Below the pieces are notes generated by a model. It made no database searches. It saw only the letters and a list, made by a program, of their open reading frames with translations, and had not been told where the DNA came from. Positions 1 through 16,286 of a stretch of 64,000 bases of DNA are shown here, piece by piece. The position numbers and the translations under genes were made by a program. Numbering within the stretch: the stretch's first letter is position 1; each line of letters starts with the position of its first letter. The stretch lies in NCBI RefSeq assembly GCF_009914755.1, contig NC_060932.1; one strand, written 5' to 3'. The DNA comes from the human T2T-CHM13v2.0 reference genome, Homo sapiens.

Positions 1-2349
1 AGGTTATTCAGGCAGGTGTGAGAAACGTGACCAGTTGGTGGAGTCGCTTAACTGGGGTGTCTTCAGACTGAGCCTGAGGGGAAGGCAGGCAGGCCGCTCA
101 CAGGCTTCAGGGCTGGGGGAAGGAGGAGGGCGTGTGGGGGGTGCAATTGGACCCTCTGTACCTTCCCCACCTCCCAAAGGTTTCTCTTCTTCTGCCTGAG
201 CCAGTGGTCCCAGGACCCCATGCCCAAGCACTAAAGTGGGCGGCACAGGCTCCAGAAGGGACATTAGACTGGTCATGACTGGACCCCATGGCGGGACTTC
301 CTGCAAATGTGGCCAGCAGGAGGGCTGCCCCGTGGCTCCTCACCGGCGAGTCCTGTGGCAGCAGCAGGCCGAGACACAGCACCACAGGGCTGTGCCGGGT
401 GCCTGCTCGAAGGCAGAGCTGCAGTGGGGGATCCAACAGGAACCGTGGAAATGGGGGGCTCCTGCAGGCAGGGGGATACCCACAGGGTCCCGTGATCCTG
501 CAGGGGTGCAAGTGGCTCCTTCCGTGATGGCCCTAGAGCAAGAGGGTAATACTCTTGCCACCTCTCCCAGACCTGGGGCCAAGTAAAGGCTGATGATAAA
601 GAAGCCAGAGGTGCTTTTCCCAGAGATGGGAATCGGATTCCTGCTGACTTCACCTGAGTAATTCAGAGCACGAGGGAAGCTGCACCTCCAGGGGCGCTCC
701 TGACAGGTAACCCACTGGAGCTGCTATTCCGCAGCAGAGGCACCAGCCAGAAAGATCCGAAAGAAACATTTTCAAAAGTGGACCAAGATGGCTGCAGTTT
801 GGCCACACGGGTAGTAGGAGGCAGGCCTGGCCTATGAGGCTGGAATCTGCATTGTCTCACTGACGTGTCCTGGTCACTGCCGTGCCTGTCAGATGAGGCA
901 GGACAGAACAGTCGCCCCTGCAGACCCTGAGGCTCCAGTAGGTGCCAGCTTTCCACCCTGTGTGCCAGCCACGTGTCCACTCCACCTGTGTACAAGGCAC
1001 CGAGGCCAGGCAGGACTGCGAGGTCCCCCTGAGCGCACTGCCCCTCTCAGGCTGTGGAACCACCCCTCCTGCCTCCTCAGCCGATGGAACCTGTGTTCCG
1101 GGTTGCCACTCACTCTTGGCTCAGCATAAAACGCACTTTGGCTTCTCTAAGTCTGCAGTGCCCATGAGTGCGGCCTCCAGCCGTCGCTGCCGTCTGCCCC
1201 TCTCGGAGGACAGATGAGAACAGTGCAGGGATCCCAGGGTGGGGAATGCCCAGGAGCCTGGCCTCCACTCTGGGGTGACCCCGGACCTGCCAGGCGCTGC
1301 CTGCATGTGGAGGGGGCATTGCTGCCTCCTCCCTGCCTCAGAGCTTGATCTGCGAGTCCGAACGTGCCAAGTGTGAACCAGCCCCAGCGATCTCCAGGCA
1401 GAAACAGATGCATTGGTCTCATGAGGGTTGGCCCCACCCTGCTGAAGGTTTGGGGAGATTTTAGAATTTGGTCTTGGGGCCCTGAGTGCGGCAGAAACAG
1501 TGTCCCTGCACGCTCATCATGAAGAGCAGGAGGCTTGTTATCCTGAGTAGGGACAGCAGAGGGCGACCTCTTCCAGGATCCAGACACAGGCCCGGGAGGC
1601 TGTAAAGGCCACTCATACGGGAATCGATGGAAATCGGACACCCGTCCCCAGCCCTGGGCCAGTGTGCATCCTTCCTCACCCAGGAGGGGCTACTGAACAC
1701 TCTCATCCCTGGCATCTGATGCTGTAGAGGTCAGAGGCCAGGTCGGGGCCGGGCAGTAGCCTGAGTCCTGAGGGAGCAGTGCTGACAACGGCCCCTCAAC
1801 CCATCGCTGTTCTCCCGCAGCCTGAGTGCCACCAATGTAAAAGGACAGCTGTGTGGGCCGCATGTGCCCGGAATGAGGCCCCCTGCTCCCTCAGCCGCGT
1901 TCTCATGGGTGAACAAAGACCGTGATGGAACCCACCTGAGCCCCTGAGCCGGCTGGACTGGATTATCCTCCCTATGCGTGGATAATCAGAGCCGGGATTA
2001 TTCCCCTTAAATATTCCTCTTCCCACTGGCAGTTCTGATTCTCTTTGGACAACTGTTAGGAAACTGAAAAACCTAACAGTGTGTCCTCCTTTCCTGGCCA
2101 AGGAAGAAACCACCGTTTAGCTTCTTCATGCCCCAGCCAAAGAGCAGGCGATGGAGGCCCAGAAAACCAACCCCACGCTGTCTGACACAGCTCTCGAGAC
2201 CCGGTCATCTAAGGCAGCTGTTTGCAAGGCTCTCCTGGGCTGCACCTGCCACCACTTCTCACAACCCACCTTAGCTCCAGTCTGCAGAGCCCCTGCGAAG
2301 GCTGAGTTAGAGAACGCTGAGCCCCTGCTGCTAGCAGACACACAGGGTT

Positions 2350-3102
2350 AGGGTCCCGCAAGCCTCTGGCTCCGTTTTCATCAGCCGATCAATATATCAT
2401 CTCATTCTCTGTGTTTCTATTTAAAGATCCCTTACTGAATGCACGTGGTGGCTTCATTAACATTGCAATCGGTGCCAAGCACCGTAAGCCTGGACAAAGC
2501 TTCTCTGACCCAGGCATTCCTTGCCTAGGACGTGAGGCAGCACCTCGGGACAATGCTTGGGGACATTGCAAACAGCAAAGTCACCCACAAAAAGCACAAA
2601 AATGCAAAAAAAAAAAAAATGGCACCAGATAGACCACGAAAAGGGCTCTTGATTGCAGCACAAGCTGGAGCAAGAAGGCCGCCCTGCGCAACCTCAGCCA
2701 AGAACGCACTCCGGTGACTCAGAATTGTCGCCGCTCCGTGCAAGTAAGTGTTTGGGGATTACAGCTTCTTTTTTTTTTTGAGACGGAGTCTAGCTCTGTC
2801 GCCCAGGCTGGAGTACAGCCGTGTGGTCTTGGCTCACTGCAACCTCCACCTCCCATGTTCGAGCGATTCTCCTGCTTCAGCCTCCCAAGTAACCACCACG
2901 CCCAGCTAATTTTGTATTTTTAAAGTCACGGGGTTTCACCATATTGGTCAGGCTGGTCTTGAACTCCTGACCTCGTGATCAGCCCACCTCGGCCTCCCAA
3001 AGTGCTGGATTTACAGGTGTGAGCCACCGCACCTGGCCTTACAGCTACATTTTAGCAAGTAGAAGAATCGCATACAGACTCCAGGAATGACAAGGATGGA
3101 CT
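2350..3102. mobile_element. Tigger-family DNA transposon (MER82-like) interrupted by an Alu
   Basis: Segments 'agatagaccacgaaaagg...' and 'attttagcaagtagaagaatcgcatacagactccaggaatgacaaggatggactg' resemble the MER82 consensus as recalled. Confidence 0.55.
2767..3038 (-). mobile_element. Alu (AluS), internally deleted
   Basis: Reverse Alu consensus with poly-T; target-site duplication (TSD) ttacagct on both sides. Confidence 0.92.
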
Positions 3103-4309
3103 GTTAAGGAAATCTCAGTGGGGCACAGCACAGCGGAACCCTGGCACTTCCAAGAGTGCTTTTCAGGACACCAGCCAGTCCTTGCACACCAAGGTCACGA
3201 AGATAATTAACATTTGGAATAATTAATATCTAGAAAATGATTAGGAGCATTTACCAACATTAGTCTTAATATTTTTTACTATTTAACCCATCTCCCTTCT
3301 TTCCGGACACACTCAGCCACACCAGCTGTCCCTTGTTGAGACTTCTCCTGGATCAGGATGCCGAGCGTCTATCTCGTGTCCATTATAATTTTACAAAACG
3401 CACCTGTGCAGCCCTCCCCAGCCCCACCGTCGCCTGGCATCAGCACCCAGGGTCTCCAGCCCACTCCACTCTTCAGACTGGATCCGCAGTGACCTTTCTG
3501 AAATACAGATCAGGTCATGCCACTGATTAAAACCCTTCAATGGCTTCCCCAGTGCTTCCATTAGTCACCAAACAGTCCAGCCGCCCTGCAAAGCAGCCAG
3601 CACTGGGGACCCCTGTGGCTCTGTGCTCCAAACACCCTCTGCCTCCAGTCCAGCTGCAGCCGCAGAGCCGTATCCTCCAGCGCTGCTCCTGCACTGACCC
3701 TTCCTCAGAGGGGAGGACGCTTCGGGCAGCCACCTCCCAATCCCGCACTATTGCTTTGCCTCCTACCTGCCCCTGCGGCACTCACTGGCCTGGCCCTCAG
3801 GACACCCAGAGGAGCTTCCAGCCCGCAGTTTCAGTGGTGCCCAGCAAACAGCTCCTAGTGGCCTCTGAGGGCCTTGCCAGCGTGGACAGCTCCTTGCCAG
3901 TGGGACGGTTCCTTGCCAGTGTGGACGGCTCCTGCTGCAGCTCCCAAAGGGCGCTCTCCTGCCAGCCTTGGCTGAGGCGCTGCTGCTTCAGTAGGGTCTG
4001 AAGCTCAGCCTTGATGAGGGACCTCCCCCAAACACATTTGGCTCCGCCCAGCCCTCAAGCTGTGGTTGCTTTTGGGCCCGCCCCTCCTGCCTCTTAGAGG
4101 TCTCTGTGCCCCTTCACAGCTGTTCCCAATATCCAGCCCCTACTACCTGTTAATAACCCCAGTAAACTTCCCCTGCCTGCTGGCTGTGTGATTTCTGTCT
4201 CCTGGTGACCCTGAGGGAGGCACAGCCCTGTGCGGTCTGGTCTCCATCCTCCCACACGTCCTGCCTGTCTGGGCTCCAGCCACACGGGCCCCTGTCCCGC
4301 TCCGGTGGG

Positions 4310-5421
<1,112 letters not shown>

Positions 5422-5786
5422 TCAAAAACACACTTTCTCACGTGCACAGAAAACACAGACTGTCGCTGACGCGGGATAGGTAAGGTCAGGAGGCCACATT
5501 GACTTGTCCCTTGTGTGAAGCCTCTTGGGCTCTCCGTCCCTCACCCCTTGTGCTCAGCACCCAGCTCTCTTGCAAGGTCAAGAGCCCTGCCAGACACCAG
5601 CAGATGGCCAGATGCTTACAAGTTCCTGATACCTGATATGGCAGGAAAGAGAACAAAAGCCCCTTATTCCTGATGTAGCTTCGCCAGTCTCCAGCCAATC
5701 AGCACCAGAAGCCCATGAAGCCATCAGCGACACATTCCTGCCTCAGGGGTCCTGCACGCACAGCTAGGCTCAAGGTGTACCTCGTA

Positions 5787-5866
5787 TTCGGTTGATGCAA
5801 AAGTAACTGTGGGTTTTGCCATTGAAAGTAATAGACAAAACAGCAATTACTTTCGCACCAACCTCA
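5787..5866. mobile_element. MADE1 (80-bp Hsmar1-derived MITE)
   Basis: Palindromic ttcggttgatgcaaaagtaactg...cagcaattactttcgcaccaacctca, 80 bp, flanked by TA on both sides. Confidence 0.9.
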
Positions 5867-6103
5867 TAGTAACCCTTCTCTCATTTTTGTAGTAAAAAGC
5901 ACACCCTGGATGGAGATGTTAAACGCTAGTGATCCATGTGATGCGTTCACCAGCCGCAGGTCCACCTTTGCACACCTGACTCACCAGGATTGTATGTACA
6001 GCTCCCACAAAGGGAATATCCCCCTCAAGACACCAGGGACTGCTCTCTCACTGAGCAGCCACTCTGTCTCTCAGGGTGGACTTTTGCTCTGCAATAAACT
6101 CTT

Positions 6104-6418
6104 GGCTGGGCATGGTGGCTCATGCCTGTAATCCCAGCACTTTGGGAGGCCGAGGCTGGCGGATGACCTGAGGTCGGGAGTTCGAGACCAGCCTGACCAA
6201 CATGGAGAAACCCCATCTCTATTAAAAATACAAAATTAGCCAGACGTGGTAGCGCATGCCTGTAATCCCAGCTACTCAGGAGGCTGAGGCAGGAGAATCA
6301 CTTGAACCCAGGAGGTGGAGGTTGTGGTGAGCCAAGATCGTGCCATTGCATTCCAGCCTGGGCAACAAGAGCAAAGCTCCATCTCAAAAAAAAGAAAAAA
6401 AAAAAAGAAAGAAAAAAA
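6104..6418 (+). mobile_element. Alu (AluSp/Sq-like)
   Basis: Full-length consensus with A-rich tail. Confidence 0.94.
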
Positions 6419-6783
6419 CCTCCTTTGCCTGCTGTTTCTGTGGACTCGATCTCAAATTCTTTTGTGCAGCGAAGTTGGGAACCTGACCCGGCCACCCACA
6501 GGCAGCATCGGCACAGAAGGTCACAAAGAAGACACCAGGAAACCCCATAAGCGAGAAACTGGAAACCGCGCACTCTGGTCACGATGAAAAGATAATGAGA
6601 ATTTATCAACAGTACTATTGTAAAGGGCCCTTCCACCCGGAAGTTTAAAAACAACTCTTGGGTGAAAGGAGAAGTCCAAACTGAAATTACAGAATGTCTT
6701 TTGAAAGTGTGATTGTAATAAAAACTTGTGGTTGCTGCCTGCTTTGCTGACGGTGGCTCATCCCCTGTGGCCAATCTGAGCTC

Positions 6784-6897
6784 GCCCTGGTGGGTGTGCA
6801 CGGGCCTGACGCCCCCGGCTCTGCACCGCCCGCCTACCTGGGCCAGCCCTGGTGGGTGTGCACAGGCCTGATGCCCCCAGCTCTGCACCGCCTGCCC
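6784..6897. repeat. Tandem duplication of about 62 bp
   Basis: gccctggtgggtgtgcac(g/a)ggcctga(c/t)gccccc(g/a)gctctgcaccgcc occurs twice. Confidence 0.8.
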
Positions 6898-7072
6898 GGC
6901 CCCTGCACTGCTGCTTCCTGCCCTGCAGTTGCCTCTGACCCCGCAGCTCTGTTAGCCTTCGTCCATAAAGTCACACGGCACCCCTCAGAGAGGCTGTGGC
7001 TGACCACACCAGAGGGGTAGCCTCAGTCCTTACCATGAGGGCTATTCTTTCTGTCCTTTTCTTTCTTCTTTT

Positions 7073-8140
<1,068 letters not shown>

Positions 8141-8156
8141 AAGCATGTATTGCCTT

Positions 8157-8428
8157 ATTTTTTTAAGACAGGGTCTCACTCTGTTTTCCAGACTGGAGTG
8201 TGATCTCGACTCACTGCAGCCTTGACCTCCCCAGCTCAAGCAATCCTCCCCACTGAGTAGCTGGGACTACAGGTGGCGCCACCACACCCAGCTAATTTTT
8301 CTATTTTTTATAGAGATGGGGGTCTCACTGTTTTGCCCAGGCTGGTCTTACACTCCTGAGCTCAAGGGGTCCTCCCACCTTACCTCCCAGAGTGTTGAGA
8401 TGACAGGCATCAGCCACCGCACCTGGCC
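8157..8428 (-). mobile_element. Alu (AluJ)
   Basis: Diverged reverse Alu. Confidence 0.88.
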
Positions 8429-8539
8429 CATGGATTAATTTTTAAATTACCTCTTTATATGTTTAAATACTCTATATGTATCTCCTAGCAACCCCCCAGA
8501 GTGAAATCAATGGGGGTGAAGCCCTGGTCTCCTGTTTGC

Positions 8540-8770
8540 CCATGATATGATGCACGTGATGTGACATCATGTGACATGATAGCCTGTGATACGATAGCCC
8601 ATATGATGGCCCGTGATATGACAGCACATGACATGATAGCCCATGATATGATAGCCTGTGATATGAGAGCACATGACATGATAGCTCATGATATGATAGC
8701 CTGTGATATGAGAGCACATGACATGATAGCCCATGATATGATAGCCTGTGATATGAGGACCCTTGATATG
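8540..8770. repeat. Minisatellite of 15-bp units with 45-bp higher-order structure
   Basis: Recurring ATGATAGCCTGTGAT / ATGAGAGCACATGAC / ATGATAGCCCATGAT. Confidence 0.88.
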
Positions 8771-9042
8771 GTACACGTGTCCCATGGTGGGCACTCTCCA
8801 TATTGTTTTCAGAGGTGGCTCAGCGGCTCCTCTCATATCCCTTCATGATGTGACTTAGTCAGTGCTCCTGACCCTTGGTGGAACCTCTGTCCTCTTCCCC
8901 ATGAAATTAACCAGCCCCGTGGGCTTTGACCACTGAATAGGAAAGGATGCAATGCCGATTCCAGGCCAATTCTAAGTGGCCTGGCAGGCTTTGCTCTTGC
9001 TCTCTTGGGAGTGCTCGGTCAAAAGAAGTCCAGGCTGCCCTG

Positions 9043-9238
9043 CAGTTCTCCACAGGGAGAGATTTTGTCCCCAGAGGACATCTGGAGGCATATTTAGTTG
9101 TCACACTGGGTGGGGGATGCTACTGCTGTCCAGCAGGTGGAGGCCAGGGGTGCTACTAAACCCCCTTCAGTGCACAGGGCAGCCCACAGCAGAGAACAAT
9201 CCGGCCCAGCACCAACAGCTCGTAGTTAAGAAGCCCCA
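9043..9238. mobile_element. MER20 (hAT DNA transposon) within an MLT1 LTR (about 8830-9500)
   Basis: 'gattttgtccccagaggacat...tagttgtcacactggg...ggtggaggccagggg tgctactaaac...agtgcacagggcagccc' matches MER20. The flank ends with MLT1-type 'ttagagtggtttgttac...gaaatacatatctgaaac'. Confidence 0.75.
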
Positions 9239-9448
9239 CGCTAAAGACTGAGTGGACAGAGAGGCCCTGAGATAAAGGGCCACGGAGGAGACAGAGGCCC
9301 AGCCCTCCAGCCAGGGTGCCCCCAGTCCAAACTGCACCTGCATGAGTGACCCTGGCTGGTACCACCTGCAGCAGAAATGAGCCACCCTGGCTGAGCCCAG
9401 CTCAATCAACCTGCAGAATTGTGAGAAATGATAAGACAGTCATTTTAA

Positions 9449-10090
<642 letters not shown>

Positions 10091-11106
10091 CTAAAATCTT
10101 GATCCATATCAGTGTTTTACCCAAGCCAAAAACATTGCCAAACCCCTAAAACTAAACCTGGTTCTGGTCACTTCTTTCTCGAGCCACAAAAACCAAGGTT
10201 GATCATCAATGGCCTCTGAGTATTTCAAAAGCTTCTTATGGGAAGGTGGTATCTCGAGACACTGGCCTTGGAGTGAGGGGAGGGCCTTCCCCATCCCTGG
10301 GATGGGACAAGTTCACAGCAAACAGAGACACAACACCATCACCATCACTCCCCACAGGCCAGGGGAGGTGCAGCTGGCACGGCAGAGCCCATGGGTCCCA
10401 AGGGCGACTTTCCTGAATTTTCCTGATATCTCCTGAGCCTCTGATTGCCCATTTCTTCTCTCTGTTGTTGTAGCGTTGAGAGAGAAGAGCAGAGCCTCTC
10501 CCATGGTGACCGCAAGCCAGGTTCCAGGTGGGCACTGAGTGTTGTTCAGCTCCCTTATGGGATAAATTTGTGATTTCACAGCACACTTTTTACTTGGAGC
10601 TGCAGCTTTGATTTGGCTAATAGGGTTAAAACAGTGGAAAGCATACACAACACAATTGTAAGTGATTTGGTTTTATTTATGTGATGCCAGCCTGTGCCTG
10701 TCAGCATCCCTTGATTTGAAAGCCTGTAATTCACATCATGGACTTCCTCTGCAGGCCATGAAAATTCAACTATTCAATTATCTAGATTTTTTTTAACTGA
10801 CTGTTTATTGCTTCACTCTCACCAATAAGTAACGTTGGTGAGCTCGCTCACACGGGACCTCACGGGGAGGCAGAGAGGCCAGGATGGGGCAAGGGTTCCT
10901 GGCCAGCTCTAAAACGAACACGTCATTCAAGTAACACTTTCCCCAACTCAGCGGGGAAGGTGCCCCGTTCCCCGCTCCACAGCACTGTCGGGAAACTGCA
11001 TTGTCTGCCCAGCAGAAGCGTAGCAACAGTCAGCAACGCCGCCTGCCAGTTCTAACACAGCGGGTCCACATTCTCCAGCCTCCGCAACACCTTCCCCTTT
11101 AGTGAC

Positions 11107-11916
<810 letters not shown>

Positions 11917-12144
11917 CGACCAAAGAAATGAACTCGAGCCCCACCTTCTGCAGCCACAGGGACCTCGAATGCTGCGGAGCTTCCCACGGACACTTCGCTT
12001 CTCCCAGTGGCCGCCTGTCCACTTGGGTTCCAAATGCCTGCCCCAGTCCTCACCGCCCTCTGCCTGCTGCCCCGCCCTCTGGTCCCCACACAGCGCGCAG
12101 CCCTCCCTGGGCCCACTGGGCAGAGCACTTGGTGTGGCCAATTC

Positions 12145-12186
12145 TCAGGGTCAGGGTCAGGGTCAGGGTCAGGGATAGGCTTAGGG
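12145..12186 (+). repeat. Telomere-variant repeat (TCAGGG)5 ATAGGC TTAGGG
   Basis: Read directly from the sequence. Confidence 0.85.
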
Positions 12187-12284
12187 CTGCCTGATTCTCA
12201 GTGCAAAGGTGAGTAAAGCTCTGCAGGAGACTGAGCAGGGAGAGGCCAGGGTGAAGGGAAGGCAGGCGTGAGGGGACACAGCAT

Positions 12285-12680
12285 TGGGGTGAGCAGGGTG
12301 CCCAAAGCTCACGTCCACCCAGAGCCTCAGAAGGACACCACTAAGGTAAGAATGGACATAAGACCATGCCAGATGGTCCAGGGGCCCCTAAATGTGATGA
12401 CATGTGTCATTATGAGAGACAGTAGAGGAGAAGAGGAGAAGAGGAAGGCATGTGGAGGCAGAGGCAGAGACTGCAGAGACACAGCCACAGGAATGCCCGG
12501 ACCCCTGAGGCTGGAAGAGGCGGCAAGAGCCTCCCCGGAGCCTTCACAGGAAGCATGACCCTCCCACCCCCGACACTTTGATTTCACACTGCTGGCCTCC
12601 AGGGCTGTGGGAGAATACGTTTCTGTTGTTTAATGCCACTGGCAGATGGCAACGTGCCACGGCAGACACGGGGGACCCAC
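12285..12680 (+). mobile_element. MLT1 (MaLR) LTR
   Basis: 'ggctggaagaggc...cctccccggagccttcacaggaagcatg...gacactttgatttcacactgctggcctccagggctgtgggagaatacgtttctgttgttt'. Confidence 0.75.
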
Positions 12681-12699
12681 ACAATGGGCAGCTCCTGCC

Positions 12700-13360
12700 G
12701 CTGGACCTCAGACCCTGTCCTTCCCTCCCCAGGAGGCCAGCTCACCCTCGCATGGGGGACCTCAGACCCTGTCCCTCCTCCTTCCCCAGGAGGTTCTCAC
12801 ACAGGACACCTGAGACCCTGTCCCTCCCTCCCCAGGAGGCCAGCTCGCCCTCACACAGGGGGACCTCAGACCCTGTCCCTCCCTCCCCAGGAGGCCAGCT
12901 CACCTTTGCACAGGGGGGACCTCAGACCCTGTCCCTCCCTCCCCAGGAGGCCAGCTCACCCTCGCACAGGGGGACCTCAGACCCTGTCCCTCCCTCCCCA
13001 GGAGGCCAGCTCACCCTCACACAGAGGGATCTCAAACCCTGTCCTTCCCTCCGCAGGAGGCCAGCTCGCCCTCGCACAGGGGGACCTCAGACCCTGTCCC
13101 TCCCTCCCCAGGAGGCCAGCTCACCCTCACACAGAGGGATCTCAGACCCTGTCCTTCCGCCTGCAGGAGGCCAGCTCGCCCTCACACAGGGGGACCTCAG
13201 ACCCTGTCCCTCCCTCCGCAGGAGGCCAGCTCACCCTTGCATGGGGGACCTGAGACCCTGTCCCTCCTCCCTCCCCAGGAGGTTCTCACATGGGACACCT
13301 GAGACCCTGTCCCTCCCTCCCCAGAGGTCCTCACATGAGGGAACCTGAGACCCTGTCCGT
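12700..13360. repeat. 55-bp minisatellite, about 11-12 units
   Basis: Unit gggggacctcagaccctgtccctccctccccaggaggccagctcaccctcgcaca, with starts at 12858, 12913, 12969, 13024, 13079, 13134, 13189 and 13244. Confidence 0.93.
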
Positions 13361-14084
13361 CCTCCCTGGAAGGCCCTCACACCGGGGACCCTGCTGCCAA
13401 GGGCCCCTTCTCCCATCTCCAGCTCTGCAGGTCCAGGGGCCCTCAAAACCCTGCTCCTCTCCTCCCTGGGGAAATGTCCTTTCTTCTCACATTCCAAATC
13501 TCCCCCTTGCAGAAATACATTCATCCTGCTGACACTGACAGGCCCTAGAGTGGGAGGTCAGCCACGCCACTTAGGAAGCGGGGGCATGTCTCCCCGGAGA
13601 CGGCATTTTCAGCACTGAACACAGCACTGGTCCCCCAGGACGATGACTCGTGTGTGTGGGGAGGACAGGCCTCACGGAAGGGGCTCTCGACGAAGGGGTC
13701 TCCTGAGGACCGTCCTGCAGCGGTGCCCAGAGCCAGAGAAGGGGACTGTCAGCTTCTGTTCCCAGGCCCCAGTTTTCCACAATGCTGAGGGGCCTGACAC
13801 AAACACAACACTGAGGGCTTGGCTTTGTTTTGTCTTCATGTGAGAGTATTTCTCACAGCTCAGGTCATGATCTTTGGTCTGTGACACCCTCATCACTGGG
13901 TTTCTTCCTTCTTAGAAGAACATGTAAAAACCATCCATGAACTCTCACCAACATAAACCCTAGGCTTTCACTAGAATGTGCTGCCCCCTGTGGGGTGTCA
14001 GACCCCAAGCCTCTAGCCTCCCCTCCTAGGGTCCAAACACCAGACTCCAGAATCTTGAGTTGATCGTTCTTGGTCTCCTCTGAT

Positions 14085-14145
14085 GGGTAGGTAGGTAGGC
14101 AGGTGGGTGGGCGGGCAGGCGGGCAGATGGATGGATGGATGGATG

Positions 14146-14191
<46 letters not shown>

Positions 14192-14204
14192 GCTGGATAG
14201 AGAT
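14085..14204. repeat. Compound tetranucleotide microsatellite (GGTA/GGCA/GGAT/GATA); continues degenerate at 14798-14960
   Basis: Read directly from the sequence. Confidence 0.9.
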
Positions 14205-14797
14205 TGAAGGAAATAATGCATACAGTGGTCCATTTCCAAGACAATGTGCCTTAAATCGCCTTAGGCCAGCAAACTACAGAAGAAACAGGATATACTAGTT
14301 CCCTGCTTGGACAGCCAGCACTTACTTGTTGCCCCCAACCCCCCTTAGTTGCCCTCACCCAAACCAAAGAAGTTTAGTCTAAGATGAAAGTTTACTAGCC
14401 TGCAAAATAGCTCGTTTTTTCTGTTCTTATCAGCCTGCCCAGCTACTTAGGTCATAGGTCAAATACTTGAAAGGCCCCCAAGCTGACTAGGATTGCAATG
14501 CATTGTGGGCCACAACAAAATGCAGCAAGACAACCCTAAAGAAAACACCTACAGCCCCTGCCCAACAACCAATAGGTGACGTCCAGGAAGACTGTGACCC
14601 CCATCATACTCAGCCTATGAGGAACCGGGGGAGAGACCTGCGCACTAGGGGATAAATTGCTTGTTGAAGTCGTGCTAGGTGTGCCTGTCCATCAGACACC
14701 CAACCTCGCAAGATCATCATTACAAGTCTCACTTTCACTGTTCTCCAAGTTTCTAAGTCCATTCTTTGGGTTGGGATGGGTAAGTTTGTTTCCCACA
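14205..14797 (+). mobile_element. ERV1-class solo LTR (LTR10-like, subfamily unverified)
   Basis: 593 bp, TGAAGG...CCCACA, flanked by AGAT on both sides; homologous to 46177-47041. Confidence 0.8.
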
Positions 14798-14969
14798 AGA
14801 TGATAGAAAGATAGATAATAGATGGATAGATGATAGATAATAGATAGATAGAGACATACATAAATAGATGACAGAGAGATAGAAGAGATAAATAAGAGGG
14901 ATAAAGAGACAGAAAGATGGAGATGTGACAGATGATGGAGAGGTAGATAAGTAGATGACTAAAGAGTTT

Positions 14970-16286
<1,317 letters not shown>

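Larger units (their letters stand above)
5467..6507 (+). mobile_element. ERV1-class solo LTR (MER4-group-like) carrying MADE1 and Alu insertions
   Basis: TG...CA ends, CCAAT (5695), AATAAA (6093) and a U5-like 'ctcaaattcttttgtgcagcgaagttgggaacctg'. Confidence 0.55.

Noticed and set aside
12578-13348. 256-aa and 206-aa repetitive ORFs
   Set aside because: Products of the 55-bp minisatellite; the frame rotates with each unit.
13608-13628. RE1/NRSE-like site TTCAGCACTGAACACAGCACT
   Set aside because: The critical GG of the GGACAG half-site is absent.
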